The position numbers and the translations under genes were made by a program. The notes under the pieces are model-generated. The model had not been told where the DNA came from. It saw only the letters and a list, made by a program, of their open reading frames with translations, and ran no database searches. This document shows, in pieces, positions 8,416 to 17,036 of a stretch of 64,000 bases of DNA. Origin of the DNA: an uncultured bacterium (lineage in GTDB: Bacteria > Edwardsbacteria > AC1 > EtOH8). Every line of letters starts with the position of its first letter. Positions within the stretch are counted from its first letter, which is position 1. Location: positions 18,136 to 82,135 of the forward strand of contig CAWAAX010000006.1 in the NCBI GenBank assembly GCA_963780225.1, in the 5' to 3' direction.

Positions 8416-8857
8416 CCACAAAAAGCACAAGGAACACATAAAATGACGGATAACGAAGTATTGCGACTATGTGATATTGTTAGGCAGACGGCCTTTGTTC
8501 TTCATACCTATTTACGGAACGGCCATTTGGAAAAGGTATATGAAAACGGATTAACCCATCGTCTTCGTAAGGCAGGAATAAAGGTCGAACAGCAGCACCC
8601 TTTAAAGGTTTTTGACGAAGATGGAACCATTCTGGGGGAGTACTTCGCAGACCTGTTAATAGAAACGGAACTTATCGTCGAACTTAAGGTCTGCAAGGCA
8701 ATAGCAGATGAGCACCTGTCCCAAGTATTCGGATATTTACGCGCCACAGGGCAGCGACATGGATTATTAATTAATTTTGGATCGCAACAAATTCAATTTA
8801 AGAAATTGGTTTTGTAGGTATGGCGTTAATTTTGCGATTTATGTGCTTCTTGTGGTT
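8416..8857. repeat. Matched inverted-repeat pair enclosing a GxxExxY gene
   Basis: The left arm ccacaaaaagcacaaggaacacataaa (8416-8442) ends 1 bp before the ATG. The right arm gatttatgtgcttcttgtggtt (8836-8857) lies 19 bp after the stop. Arm cores ccacaaRaagcaca...taaa are complementary. Confidence 0.6.
8443..8817 (+). CDS. GxxExxY family protein (PD-(D/E)XK-like small protein), paralog 1
   Basis: 'LEKVYENGL...GEYFADLLIETELIVELK...' matches the GxxExxY pattern. It is paralogous to the ORFs at 18126 and 27504. Confidence 0.8.
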   Translation: MTDNEVLRLCDIVRQTAFVLHTYLRNGHLEKVYENGLTHRLRKAGIKVEQQHPLKVFDEDGTILGEYFADLLIETELIVELKVCKAIADEHLSQVFGYLRATGQRHGLLINFGSQQIQFKKLVL

Positions 8858-8880
8858 GAATAAATATACCTTTTTACGAA

Positions 8881-8909
8881 TTGACAACCAGAGGGAAAAT
8901 TGGTAGAAT
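8881..8909 (+). promoter_or_regulatory. Sigma70-like promoter upstream of recA
   Basis: TTGACA (8881-8886), a 17-bp spacer, then TAGAAT (8904-8909). Confidence 0.55.
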
Positions 8910-8971
8910 TAAAATCCATAACTATTTATATAACAACAAATTAAATTATTGTTTACACGGAGGACAAACCA

Positions 8972-10057
8972 ATGGCAGACACAGCGGCAGAAAAATCAAA
9001 AGCTTTGGACCTGGCTCTTTCTCAGATAGAAAAGCAGTTCGGCAAAGGTTCGATAATGAAACTGGGCTCCAATTCGGCGATAGTTCCGGTGGAGGTGATC
9101 CCCACCGGGTCCATCTCGCTGGATGCGGCCCTGGGAGTGGGCGGGGTGCCCCGGGGCAGGATCGTGGAGATATACGGACCGGAGGCCTCCGGCAAGACCA
9201 CCCTGGCCCTGTCCATAGTGGCCCAGGCCCAGAAGCTGGGCGGCACCGCCGCCTACATCGACGCCGAGCATGCCATGGACCCCAAGTACGCCAAGGCCCT
9301 GGGGGTGGATATAGACAATCTCCTGGTAGCCCAGCCCGACACCGGCGAGGAGGCCCTGGAGATCACCGAGACCCTGATCCGCTCCAACGCCATGGACGTG
9401 ATAGTCATTGACTCGGTGGCGGCCCTGGTGCCCAAGGCCGAGATCGAAGGCGACATGGGAGACAGCCACATGGGCCTGCAGGCCCGGCTGATGTCCCAGG
9501 CTTTGCGCAAGATCACGGCGGTGGCCAACCGCTCCAAGACATGCATCATCTTCATCAACCAGATCCGGATGAAGATCGGGGTGATGTTCGGCAACCCCGA
9601 GACCACCCCCGGCGGCCTGGCCCTCAAGTTCCACGCCTCGATACGGATGGACATCCGGCGGATCGAGGCCATCAAGCAGGGCGAGGTCAACATCGGCAAC
9701 CGGGTGCGGGTGAAGGTGCTTAAGAACAAGGTGGCCTCGCCCTTCCGCAACGCCGAGTTCGAGATCATCTTCGGCCAGGGCATCAGCTACATCGGCGACC
9801 TGCTGGACCTGGCGGTGGAGAACAACATCATTGAAAAGAGCGGCACCTGGTTCTCCTTCAAGGGCGAGCGGCTGGGGCAGGGCCGGGAGAACGTGCGCGA
9901 GATGCTGAAGACCAACGCCGACCTGCTGGCCGACCTGGACAAGGATGTCAAGGCCAAGCTGGGGATAGCCGCGGCCGCCAAGTCCGAGGGCCCCAAGGAG
10001 GCCCGGGAGCCGGCCAAGGAAGAGGAGAAGGAGAAGGGGAGAAAAGGCAGAAAATAA
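8972..10057 (+). CDS. recA: Recombinase RecA
   Basis: '[23 protein letters not shown]...[15 protein letters not shown]' is canonical RecA. Confidence 0.97.
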   Translation: MADTAAEKSKALDLALSQIEKQFGKGSIMKLGSNSAIVPVEVIPTGSISLDAALGVGGVPRGRIVEIYGPEASGKTTLALSIVAQAQKLGGTAAYIDAEHAMDPKYAKALGVDIDNLLVAQPDTGEEALEITETLIRSNAMDVIVIDSVAALVPKAEIEGDMGDSHMGLQARLMSQALRKITAVANRSKTCIIFINQIRMKIGVMFGNPETTPGGLALKFHASIRMDIRRIEAIKQGEVNIGNRVRVKVLKNKVASPFRNAEFEIIFGQGISYIGDLLDLAVENNIIEKSGTWFSFKGERLGQGRENVREMLKTNADLLADLDKDVKAKLGIAAAAKSEGPKEAREPAKEEEKEKGRKGRK

Positions 10058-10162
10058 ATTCAGAAGGCAAAATAAAATAACTTGCAATAACTGAGATTAA
10101 CCGGATGGATGTGCTAATCATTTAACATGCAGAATGTAAATTCCAAATTGTAAATCTGTAAA

Positions 10163-11224
10163 TTGAAGAATTGCATCCAGTGTCTTTTGCCGGAGAGCGC
10201 ACCGGGCATCAGCTTTGATGATTCCGGGATCTGCAACTACTGCCGGACATACAAGAAGACCGAGCTTAACGGCGAGGAGGCCCTGTTAAGGATCCTTGAC
10301 CGCCAGCGCCGCCGGGGCGGAAAGTACCAGTGCCTGGTGCCATTGAGCGGCGGCCGTGACAGCACCTTTGCCCTGCTGAAGATGGTCCGAGATTACGGTC
10401 TGACTGCTTTGGCGGTGAATTATCAGAATCCTTTTACTTCACCCGAAGCTGCTGCGAATATTCGGCAGGCCACCGAAAAACTGGGGGTGGAACTGGTGAG
10501 CTTTGGTCTAAAGCCGGGTTTGCACCAAATGACACTCAAGAAGAACCTGGAGGCCTGGCTCAAAAGGCCGTCGGCGGCGCTGGTTCCGATAATCTGCAGC
10601 GCCTGCCACAACATGTGGCTGCCGATCATGCAGATCGCCAAGAAACACGATATCCATTGCATAGTCACCGGGCGCAACCCCTACGAGGAGGTCTCGTTCA
10701 AACGCCGCCTGCTGGGGGTCAGCCCCGACGAGGACATCAGGAATGTCTATCTAAAGAACCTCGGAGGAATAGTCAAGGAGGCGGCCAAGAACCTGTCCTA
10801 TTTCTCGCCCCAAACCCTGCCGGTGATGATCAAGGGGCATTTCTTCGGCAGTCCCTATGCTTTGGGAACCAGGATCTACGGCCGCGGCATCGAAATGGCT
10901 GACCTGTTCTTTTACCTGCCCTGGAACGAATCTGAAGTCATGTCCCGGATCCAAAACGAGTTGGGCTGGCAAAGCCCCAAAGAGCAGGGCAACACCTGGC
11001 GCTTCGACTGCAGGGTTTCGCACCTGCGGGATCTGATGTACCAGAAGACCATCGGGATGACCGAGCGCCAGGAGCTTTACGCCCGGCTGATCCGCGAGGG
11101 GTTGATATCCAAACAGGAAATTGGAAACCGGCTGCCGGTGGAGAATGCCATCCATTATGACAAGATTGAGGCCCTGTTGGACGAAGTGGGCATAAGGGAC
11201 AGGTCTTACCTAAGACAGGAGTGA
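10163..11224 (+). CDS. N-acetyl sugar amidotransferase (PP-loop ATPase, WbuX/TIGR03573-like), polysaccharide biosynthesis
   Basis: It has the N-terminal Cys cluster 'CIQCLLPESAPGISFDDSGICNYC' and the PP-loop 'SGGRDS'. The start codon is TTG. Confidence 0.6.
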   Translation: MKNCIQCLLPESAPGISFDDSGICNYCRTYKKTELNGEEALLRILDRQRRRGGKYQCLVPLSGGRDSTFALLKMVRDYGLTALAVNYQNPFTSPEAAANIRQATEKLGVELVSFGLKPGLHQMTLKKNLEAWLKRPSAALVPIICSACHNMWLPIMQIAKKHDIHCIVTGRNPYEEVSFKRRLLGVSPDEDIRNVYLKNLGGIVKEAAKNLSYFSPQTLPVMIKGHFFGSPYALGTRIYGRGIEMADLFFYLPWNESEVMSRIQNELGWQSPKEQGNTWRFDCRVSHLRDLMYQKTIGMTERQELYARLIREGLISKQEIGNRLPVENAIHYDKIEALLDEVGIRDRSYLRQE

Positions 11225-11253
11225 ACCAAATCTCTTATTTACCAAGGTTGTCC

Positions 11254-11314
11254 TTATCCACAGATTAACGCAGATTGTCACCAATTATATTCATAATCAA
11301 TCTGTGTAAATCTG
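11254..11314. promoter_or_regulatory. TTATCCACAGATTAACGCAGATTG (exact DnaA-box consensus TTATCCACA) with an inverted partner CAATCTGTGTAAATCTG
   Basis: The direct copy is at 11254-11277 and the inverted partner at 11298-11314. Both lie in the amidotransferase/MIF intergenic region. Confidence 0.45.
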
Positions 11315-11417
11315 AGAAATCGTTCGGCTAACGCTCACGACAGCGTCTGCGGATTAAAAAACCACGGGGCAATTTGTCTGGATGACTTCATATGAGAACC
11401 TGAACGGAGGCGCAAAC

Positions 11418-11813
11418 ATGCCCATCATCGAAATAAAAGCCCTGCCCCAGAAACCGGAGGTCAACATCTCCGATACGCTGAAGACCATCTGCGTGCGACT
11501 GGCCGACAAGATGGGGCTGCAGCCCAAGCAGGTCTGGGCCACTTGGACCACCATCGAGCCCGGCTGCTATCTGGAAGGCGAGGCCCAGGCTAGGGTCCAG
11601 CCCTACGGAACCCATCCGCCGCTGGTGAACATGCTGGCCTTTGAAGGCAAGAGCGAAAGCGAAATAGAAACGGCCATGCTGACCATCGCCGAGGAGCTGG
11701 CCAAGCGCCTGCAGATAGATCCCGAGAACATTTTCATCAAATACGACGAGACCAGGTCCGGCCGGGTCTTCACCGGGGGGACGACCATCATCAAGACCAA
11801 ACACGGTAAATGA
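11418..11813 (+). CDS. MIF/tautomerase-superfamily protein
   Basis: Starting at ATG 11418, preceded by a GGAGG RBS, gives the N-terminus 'MPIIEIK' (Pro1). 'LQIDPENIFIKYDETRSGRVFTGGTT' resembles the MIF C-terminal segment. Confidence 0.45.
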   Translation: MPIIEIKALPQKPEVNISDTLKTICVRLADKMGLQPKQVWATWTTIEPGCYLEGEAQARVQPYGTHPPLVNMLAFEGKSESEIETAMLTIAEELAKRLQIDPENIFIKYDETRSGRVFTGGTTIIKTKHGK

Positions 11814-11829
11814 GATGCCGGGGCTTTTC

Positions 11830-11916
11830 GCCACTAAGGCACAAAGACACAAAGGGTATTAAAAATAGTACCAAGCGCGATAAATAATTTTCTTGGAGCC
11901 TTGGTGTCTTTGTGGC
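11830..11916. repeat. Gene-less inverted-repeat hairpin of the CACRAAR family
   Basis: gccactaaggcacaaagacacaaagg (11830-11855) is complementary to ccttggtgtctttgtggc (11899-11916). It uses the same octamer units (aaagacac, taaggcac) as the arms flanking the GxxExxY gene at 27504. Confidence 0.6.
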
Positions 11917-11932
11917 TAGTAAAGGTCTTAAT

Positions 11933-12406
11933 ATGAAGATCATGAACGCCAAGGCCTACGCCCTGCGGTTGATAGAACTGAAGCCCCGCAGTGTTCATGA
12001 GATCAGGGACAAGCTGGCCAAGAAGGGCATAGACAAGGCCGAGATCGAAGCGGTTATCGCTGGTCTGGAATCCATCGGCCTTTTGAACGATGAGAAATTC
12101 GCCCGGGACTGGATCGAGAACCGCCAGCATTTTAGGCCCATGGGTGTGATACGCCTGCGGCAGGAGCTTTTTGCCAAGGGGATAGACCGGGAGATAGTGG
12201 ACCAGGCCATCTCTGATTACAAAAGCAATGCGGACGAGTTGCCGGCGGCCCTGGACCTGGCCCGGAGAAAGATGAGGCTTTTCAGCAAGCTTGACGCCGA
12301 GGCCGCCAAGCGCCGTCTGGCGGGATTTCTGGCCCGAAGGGGGTACGAGGTTTCGATAGTTTCCAAGGTGTTGAAGGAACTGCTGAAGGAAAATATTTTG
12401 GAATAA
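11933..12406 (+). CDS. recX: Recombination regulator RecX
   Basis: 'AYALRLIELKPRSVHEIRDKLAKKGI...' is a RecX helical-repeat protein. The ATG at 11933 follows an AAAGG RBS. Confidence 0.8.
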   Translation: MKIMNAKAYALRLIELKPRSVHEIRDKLAKKGIDKAEIEAVIAGLESIGLLNDEKFARDWIENRQHFRPMGVIRLRQELFAKGIDREIVDQAISDYKSNADELPAALDLARRKMRLFSKLDAEAAKRRLAGFLARRGYEVSIVSKVLKELLKENILE

Positions 12407-12411
12407 AAAAG

Positions 12412-12819
12412 ATGAAAAGAACGAAGCCCATAGATCTGATTAAAATTGCAGCATCTGTCACCAAGCGCAGGCAATTAGGCGAAAATTCCGCAGGCAGTGT
12501 TGGCTGCGCATTGCTTTCTGAAAAAGGCAATGTATATACGGGCGTCTGCATTGATACAAGCTCAAGCATGGGCTTTTGCGCCGAGCACAACGCCATCGGA
12601 AGTATGGTTACCGCAGGCGAATCAAGAATAAAAATGATAGTCGCCGTCGGGAAAAACGAAAAGGGAGAGGTTTGTGTTTTACATCCCTGCGGCAGGTGCC
12701 GCGAATTCATGCACCAAATCGACGAACGCAACATGGGAACCGATGTTGTTCTTGGTAAAAACAGAACCGTAAAACTTAAAGAACTATTGCCCTACAAAGA
12801 CGATTATAGCGTGGTATAA
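12412..12819 (+). CDS. cdd: Cytidine/deoxycytidylate deaminase family protein
   Basis: It has the zinc ligand motifs 'CAEHNAI' and 'PCGRCREF'. Confidence 0.7.
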   Translation: MKRTKPIDLIKIAASVTKRRQLGENSAGSVGCALLSEKGNVYTGVCIDTSSSMGFCAEHNAIGSMVTAGESRIKMIVAVGKNEKGEVCVLHPCGRCREFMHQIDERNMGTDVVLGKNRTVKLKELLPYKDDYSVV

Positions 12820-12823
12820 CTCT

Positions 12824-13567
12824 TTGTTCAATTTGGGGCGAGTATATCAAGGAAGTCAATTGAGAATGACAGGAACTGCCATCAACCTCTGGCTCAAGAA
12901 AATTACCACTGCGCGGGACGCCGACGCTGATTCTGTCGAGCGCTACACCCCTGGCGAGGAGATCACCAACGCCATCCTGCACGGGGTGGGGCTGGGCCTG
13001 GCCCTGGCGGCCCTGGCGGTGCTGGTGGTAATGGCCAGCCTGTCCGGGAACGCCTGGCACATCGTCAGCTTCAGCATCTACGGCGCCACCCTGGTACTGC
13101 TGTATTTGTCTTCAACGCTGTATCACAGCTTTTACGCCGGCAAGGCCAAGCGGTTGTTCCGGGTCTTCGACCACTCGTCCATCTTTCTGCTGATAGCCGG
13201 GACCTACACGCCCATCACCCTGATAGCCCTGCGGGGCCGGCTGGGCTGGACGGTGTTTGGAGTGGTGTGGGGCATCGCCGTGCTGGGCATAGTGGGCAAG
13301 GCCTTCTGGACGCACAAATTCGTGTTCATGTCCACCTTGCTGTACATTGCCATGGGCTGGCTGGTGGTGGTGGTGATAAAACCGGTGCTGGAGAACCTGA
13401 ATACGACCAGCCTGGTGTTCCTGGGGGTGGGAGGGCTGTTTTACACGCTGGGGACGGTGTTTTACCTGTGGAGAAAATTGAAATACCACCACGCGGTATG
13501 GCACCTGTTCGTGCTGGCCGGGAGCATCTGTCATTTTTTCACGGTGTTGTTCATGTTGCCGAGGTGA
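12824..13567 (+). CDS. Hemolysin III / PAQR family membrane protein
   Basis: 'EEITNAILHGVGLGLA...LYLSSTLYHSF...' with seven predicted TM helices. The real start may be the downstream ATG near 12866. Confidence 0.75.
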   Translation: MFNLGRVYQGSQLRMTGTAINLWLKKITTARDADADSVERYTPGEEITNAILHGVGLGLALAALAVLVVMASLSGNAWHIVSFSIYGATLVLLYLSSTLYHSFYAGKAKRLFRVFDHSSIFLLIAGTYTPITLIALRGRLGWTVFGVVWGIAVLGIVGKAFWTHKFVFMSTLLYIAMGWLVVVVIKPVLENLNTTSLVFLGVGGLFYTLGTVFYLWRKLKYHHAVWHLFVLAGSICHFFTVLFMLPR

Positions 13568-13634
13568 AATGGTATAACGTAACAGGGTGCTAATATCCGC
13601 ATGATTTGTAACTACTTTAACAAGAGATTTTACA

Positions 13635-14276
13635 ATGTCGCCTAAAAACAATATTAACCCAACGCCTGTAACAGTTGAGAATAAAATAGAATTGCCAAAA
13701 CAAAATAATGGTATGGCATTTTGGGCTTTGGGAATTTCAGTGATATCACTTATAATAAGTAGTCTTTCCACTTATTGGATTGCGTACCCAAATTACAGTT
13801 TGAAAATTATCGATGCCAATTTATGTTTTAATGTGAAGGCCCTGTATGATACAACTTATTTAGACTCAAATTATGTGGAGTGTAAATTTTATAATGATGG
13901 CAATAGAGCTGTAACAGTAAAAGATTTTCGCTTTTACCTATCCGATAAAAATGATTCCATGTTGTTCGTTTTTCAAGATGACGTTGTTTGCCCAAAACAA
14001 ATAGAACCTGGTGATTATGCCGAAAGTATAGTAAAACTGTCTTTCATAAGGGTATATAACCCACCACCACAGCAAATCACAAAGATGAAATATCGTTTAC
14101 CTTATAAAAATTACAGCAGTTGGAAAATGTTATCCGATTCATTTCGCATGGGCCAAGCAAGTTTACCCTTAAAACGGGAAATAGAATTTAATATTAAAAT
14201 ACATTATGCCGGGAATAAAGAGCTTAAGTATAAACGATCAATTTCATGTATTTGGCCAATTCCTATAGAAGATTAA
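13635..14276 (+). CDS. Hypothetical membrane-anchored protein in an AT-rich island
   Basis: It has one N-terminal TM helix, no recognisable domain, and local base composition far more AT-rich than its neighbours. Confidence 0.4.
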   Translation: MSPKNNINPTPVTVENKIELPKQNNGMAFWALGISVISLIISSLSTYWIAYPNYSLKIIDANLCFNVKALYDTTYLDSNYVECKFYNDGNRAVTVKDFRFYLSDKNDSMLFVFQDDVVCPKQIEPGDYAESIVKLSFIRVYNPPPQQITKMKYRLPYKNYSSWKMLSDSFRMGQASLPLKREIEFNIKIHYAGNKELKYKRSISCIWPIPIED

Positions 14277-14356
14277 TTGTAGTGGGTAAACTTAGCAAAT
14301 TAATTGAATCAATTAGGTATACAGGCATTAGAAAAATATAATATTTTGGATATCAC

Positions 14357-16498
14357 ATGCAATCATCCAACCAAATACGCCAATCGTTCCTGGATTTCTT
14401 CAAATCCAAAGGCCACACCATCGTGCCATCGGCCCCGGTGGTGCCCCAGGACGACCCGACCCTGCTGTTCACCAACGCCGGGATGAACCAGTTCAAGAAG
14501 ATCTTTCTGGGAGCCGAGACCCGCGATTACAAACGAGCGGCCGACAGCCAGAAGGTCCTGCGGGTTTCGGGCAAGCACAACGACCTGGAGGAGGTGGGCA
14601 AGGACCACACCCATCACACCTTTTTTGAGATGCTGGGCAACTGGTCATTCGGCGACTATTACAAGAAGGAAGCCATCGGCTGGGCCTGGGAGCTGCTGAC
14701 CGGGGTCTGGAAACTGCCCAAAGACAGGCTTTACGCCACGGTCTACGTCACCGACGAAGAATCCTTCGGCTTCTGGAAGACCCAGACCGGCATCGACCAT
14801 TCGCACATCAGCAAGCACGGCGACAAGGACAACTTCTGGGAGATGGGCGAGACCGGGCCCTGCGGCCCCTGTTCCGAGATCCACATGGACATGGGTGAAG
14901 GCACCTGCCCCAGGGCCGGCCGGGACGGGCATGTTTGCGGCGTCAATGTTGACGGCTGCGGGCGGTTCGTGGAGATCTGGAACCTGGTCTTCATACAGTA
15001 CGACCGGGGGGCGGACGGGACCCTGAAGGAACTGCCCAGCAAACACGTGGACACCGGGATGGGTTTCGAGCGGATCGTCCGGGTGCTGCAGAACAAAGAC
15101 TCCAACTATGCCGCCGATCTTTTTGCGCCCATCATCAAGCAGACCGGGGAGCTCTGCGGCCAACAGTATTCCATTGGCCCCGAGGGCATGTCATTCCGGG
15201 TGATCGCCGACCATATCCGGGCGCTGGTGTTCACCATCGGCGACGGGGTGCTGCCCTCCAACGAGGGCCGGGGATACGTGATCCGGCGCATCCTACGGCG
15301 GGCGGCCAGGCACGGGCGCCTGCTGGGGCTCAAACAGCCGTTCCTTCACCAGCTGGCCTCCACTGTGATCGACATCATGGGCGAAGCCTATCCCGACATC
15401 AAACAGCGCCACGAGCACATCGCCATGGTCATCAAGACCGAGGAGGAGCGGTTCGGCGAGACCCTGGACCAGGGGCTTTCGCTGTTCGACCAGATCGCAT
15501 CCAAGCTGAAAACGTCCCAGGGCACCGTCATCTCAGGCCCCGACGCCTTCAAACTCTACGACACTTTCGGCTTCCCGCTGGACCTGACCCAGGTGATGGC
15601 CGAAGAACAGGGCTTGACCGTGGATTCCGAGGGCTTCAAGCAGGCCATGACCGGACAGCGGGAACGGGCCCGGGCGGCCCGGGGCGAGGTTACTTTTACC
15701 GCGGCCAAGGAAGTGGACTATCCAAATTGTGTTTTCGTGGGCTATAACAGCCTGGTGCAGAAGACGAAGGTCAACGGGATATACATCAAGGAACTGCCTA
15801 TCGATAAGGCCGAGAAGGGCCAGACCGTGGACATCACGCTGGAGAACACTCCGTTCTACGGCGAGGGCGGCGGCCAGGCCGGGGATATAGGGTTCCTGGA
15901 GAATACCAGCTGCCGGATCAAGGTGCTGAACGCCGTCAAGGCCTTTAACGGCTCCACGGTTCATCATGCCGAGATCGTCTCCGGTTCCATAAAACTCAAG
16001 GACGAGGTCACCGCCTCGGTGAACCAGCCGGCCCGCCTGAGCACCGCCCGGCACCACACCGCCACCCATCTTCTGCAGGCGGCCTTGCAGCAGATCGTGG
16101 GCAAGCACGTACAGCAGCAGGGTTCCATGGTCAGTCCGGAGCGCCTGCGCTTCGACTTCACCCATTTCGCCGGACTGGACCGGATGCAGCTGGACGAGGT
16201 GGAGCATATGGTCAACCGTAAGATCATGGACAACCTTCCTGTGGCCGACGAGCACATGAAGCTGGCCGAGGCCCAGAAGACGGGCGCCATGGCCCTGTTC
16301 GGCGAGAAATACGGGGAGGAGGTTCGGGTGATCTCCTGCGGAGACTTCTCCAAAGAACTGTGCGGCGGCACCCACGTCAAGCACAGCGGTGAGCTGGGGC
16401 TGTTTAAGATCGTCAAAGAAGAAGCCATTGCCTCCGGGGTGCGCAGGATAGAGGCCGTGGCCGGGGAGACCAGCCTACCGTCTGGTCAAGCAGGATGA
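14357..16498 (+). CDS. alaS: Alanine--tRNA ligase, N-terminal 713 aa (catalytic, tRNA-binding and editing domains); truncated by a frameshift
   Basis: 'FLDFFKSKGHTIVPSAPVVPQDDPTLLFTNAGMNQFK' is the AlaRS N-terminus. It ends at a TGA at 16496-16498 after 'IEAVAGETSLPSGQAG'. Confidence 0.9.
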   Translation: MQSSNQIRQSFLDFFKSKGHTIVPSAPVVPQDDPTLLFTNAGMNQFKKIFLGAETRDYKRAADSQKVLRVSGKHNDLEEVGKDHTHHTFFEMLGNWSFGDYYKKEAIGWAWELLTGVWKLPKDRLYATVYVTDEESFGFWKTQTGIDHSHISKHGDKDNFWEMGETGPCGPCSEIHMDMGEGTCPRAGRDGHVCGVNVDGCGRFVEIWNLVFIQYDRGADGTLKELPSKHVDTGMGFERIVRVLQNKDSNYAADLFAPIIKQTGELCGQQYSIGPEGMSFRVIADHIRALVFTIGDGVLPSNEGRGYVIRRILRRAARHGRLLGLKQPFLHQLASTVIDIMGEAYPDIKQRHEHIAMVIKTEEERFGETLDQGLSLFDQIASKLKTSQGTVISGPDAFKLYDTFGFPLDLTQVMAEEQGLTVDSEGFKQAMTGQRERARAARGEVTFTAAKEVDYPNCVFVGYNSLVQKTKVNGIYIKELPIDKAEKGQTVDITLENTPFYGEGGGQAGDIGFLENTSCRIKVLNAVKAFNGSTVHHAEIVSGSIKLKDEVTASVNQPARLSTARHHTATHLLQAALQQIVGKHVQQQGSMVSPERLRFDFTHFAGLDRMQLDEVEHMVNRKIMDNLPVADEHMKLAEAQKTGAMALFGEKYGEEVRVISCGDFSKELCGGTHVKHSGELGLFKIVKEEAIASGVRRIEAVAGETSLPSGQAG

Positions 16499-16505
16499 AC
16501 TGCTG

Positions 16506-16994
16506 GTGGCGGAGATACAGGACCGGCTGAAGGCCAACCGCGATGACATAGTTAAGAAGCTGAACGCCCAGATGGAAGAGCTGAAGGCGTTGGAGAAGGC
16601 TAAAAAGGATGCGGCCAGACTTCAACAGGGGAGTCTGGTAGAGGGGATGGTTAAAGAAGTTAAAAAGGTTCAAGACGTCCAATTGTTGGTCAAATTGCTG
16701 GATGACTTTACCCAAGACGACATGCGGGAGATGGCCGACAAACTGCGGATCAAGCTGCCGGGTGCGGTCATCATCCTGTCCAGCGTGGACGAGGGCAAGT
16801 TCGGGTTCACCATCGCGGTGGGCGACGATCTGGTCAAAGCCAAGAAGTTCCTGGCCGGGGACATCGCCAAGAAGATCGCCGCGGCCACCGGCGGCAAGGG
16901 CGGCGGCCGTCCCCAGCTGGCCCAGGTGGGCGGCAAGGACGAGGGGAAGCTGAAGGAGCAGATGGGGATGATCGAGAATATCATCTTTTCATAG
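16506..16994 (+). CDS. alaS: Alanine--tRNA ligase C-terminal (DHHA1-like) region, in the +1 frame relative to the upstream part
   Basis: 'GGKGGGRPQLAQVGGKD' is the AlaRS C-terminal motif. This frame is open from 16452 and reads '...AYRLVKQDELLVAEIQDRL', which continues the AlaRS coiled-coil. Confidence 0.8.
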   Translation: MAEIQDRLKANRDDIVKKLNAQMEELKALEKAKKDAARLQQGSLVEGMVKEVKKVQDVQLLVKLLDDFTQDDMREMADKLRIKLPGAVIILSSVDEGKFGFTIAVGDDLVKAKKFLAGDIAKKIAAATGGKGGGRPQLAQVGGKDEGKLKEQMGMIENIIFS

Positions 16995-17036
16995 CCCAGC
17001 CCTTAAGGGCTGGGCTATGAACGGGAACAAATAATC

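Noticed and set aside
8996-10087. A 363-aa ORF on the - strand antisense to recA, and many similar long antisense ORFs (e.g. 20312-21736, 15533-16384, 38836-39534, 61660-62310)
   Set aside because: They lie entirely inside well-supported + strand genes. Their translations are low-complexity and rich in G, R, P and A, which is typical of stop-codon-poor antisense frames in GC-rich DNA. No motifs were recognised.
11254-11277. Replication origin (oriC), considered because of the exact DnaA box TTATCCACA
   Set aside because: The box is single, with two weaker relatives kilobases away. There is no cluster of boxes, no AT-rich DNA-unwinding element, and no dnaA or dnaN gene nearby.
16993-17018. 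Hairpin tagcccagccc-ttaa-gggctgggcta after alaS as a terminator
   Set aside because: It is a perfect stem but is not followed by a T-run. It may be a Rho-dependent or processing structure, which is too weak to call.
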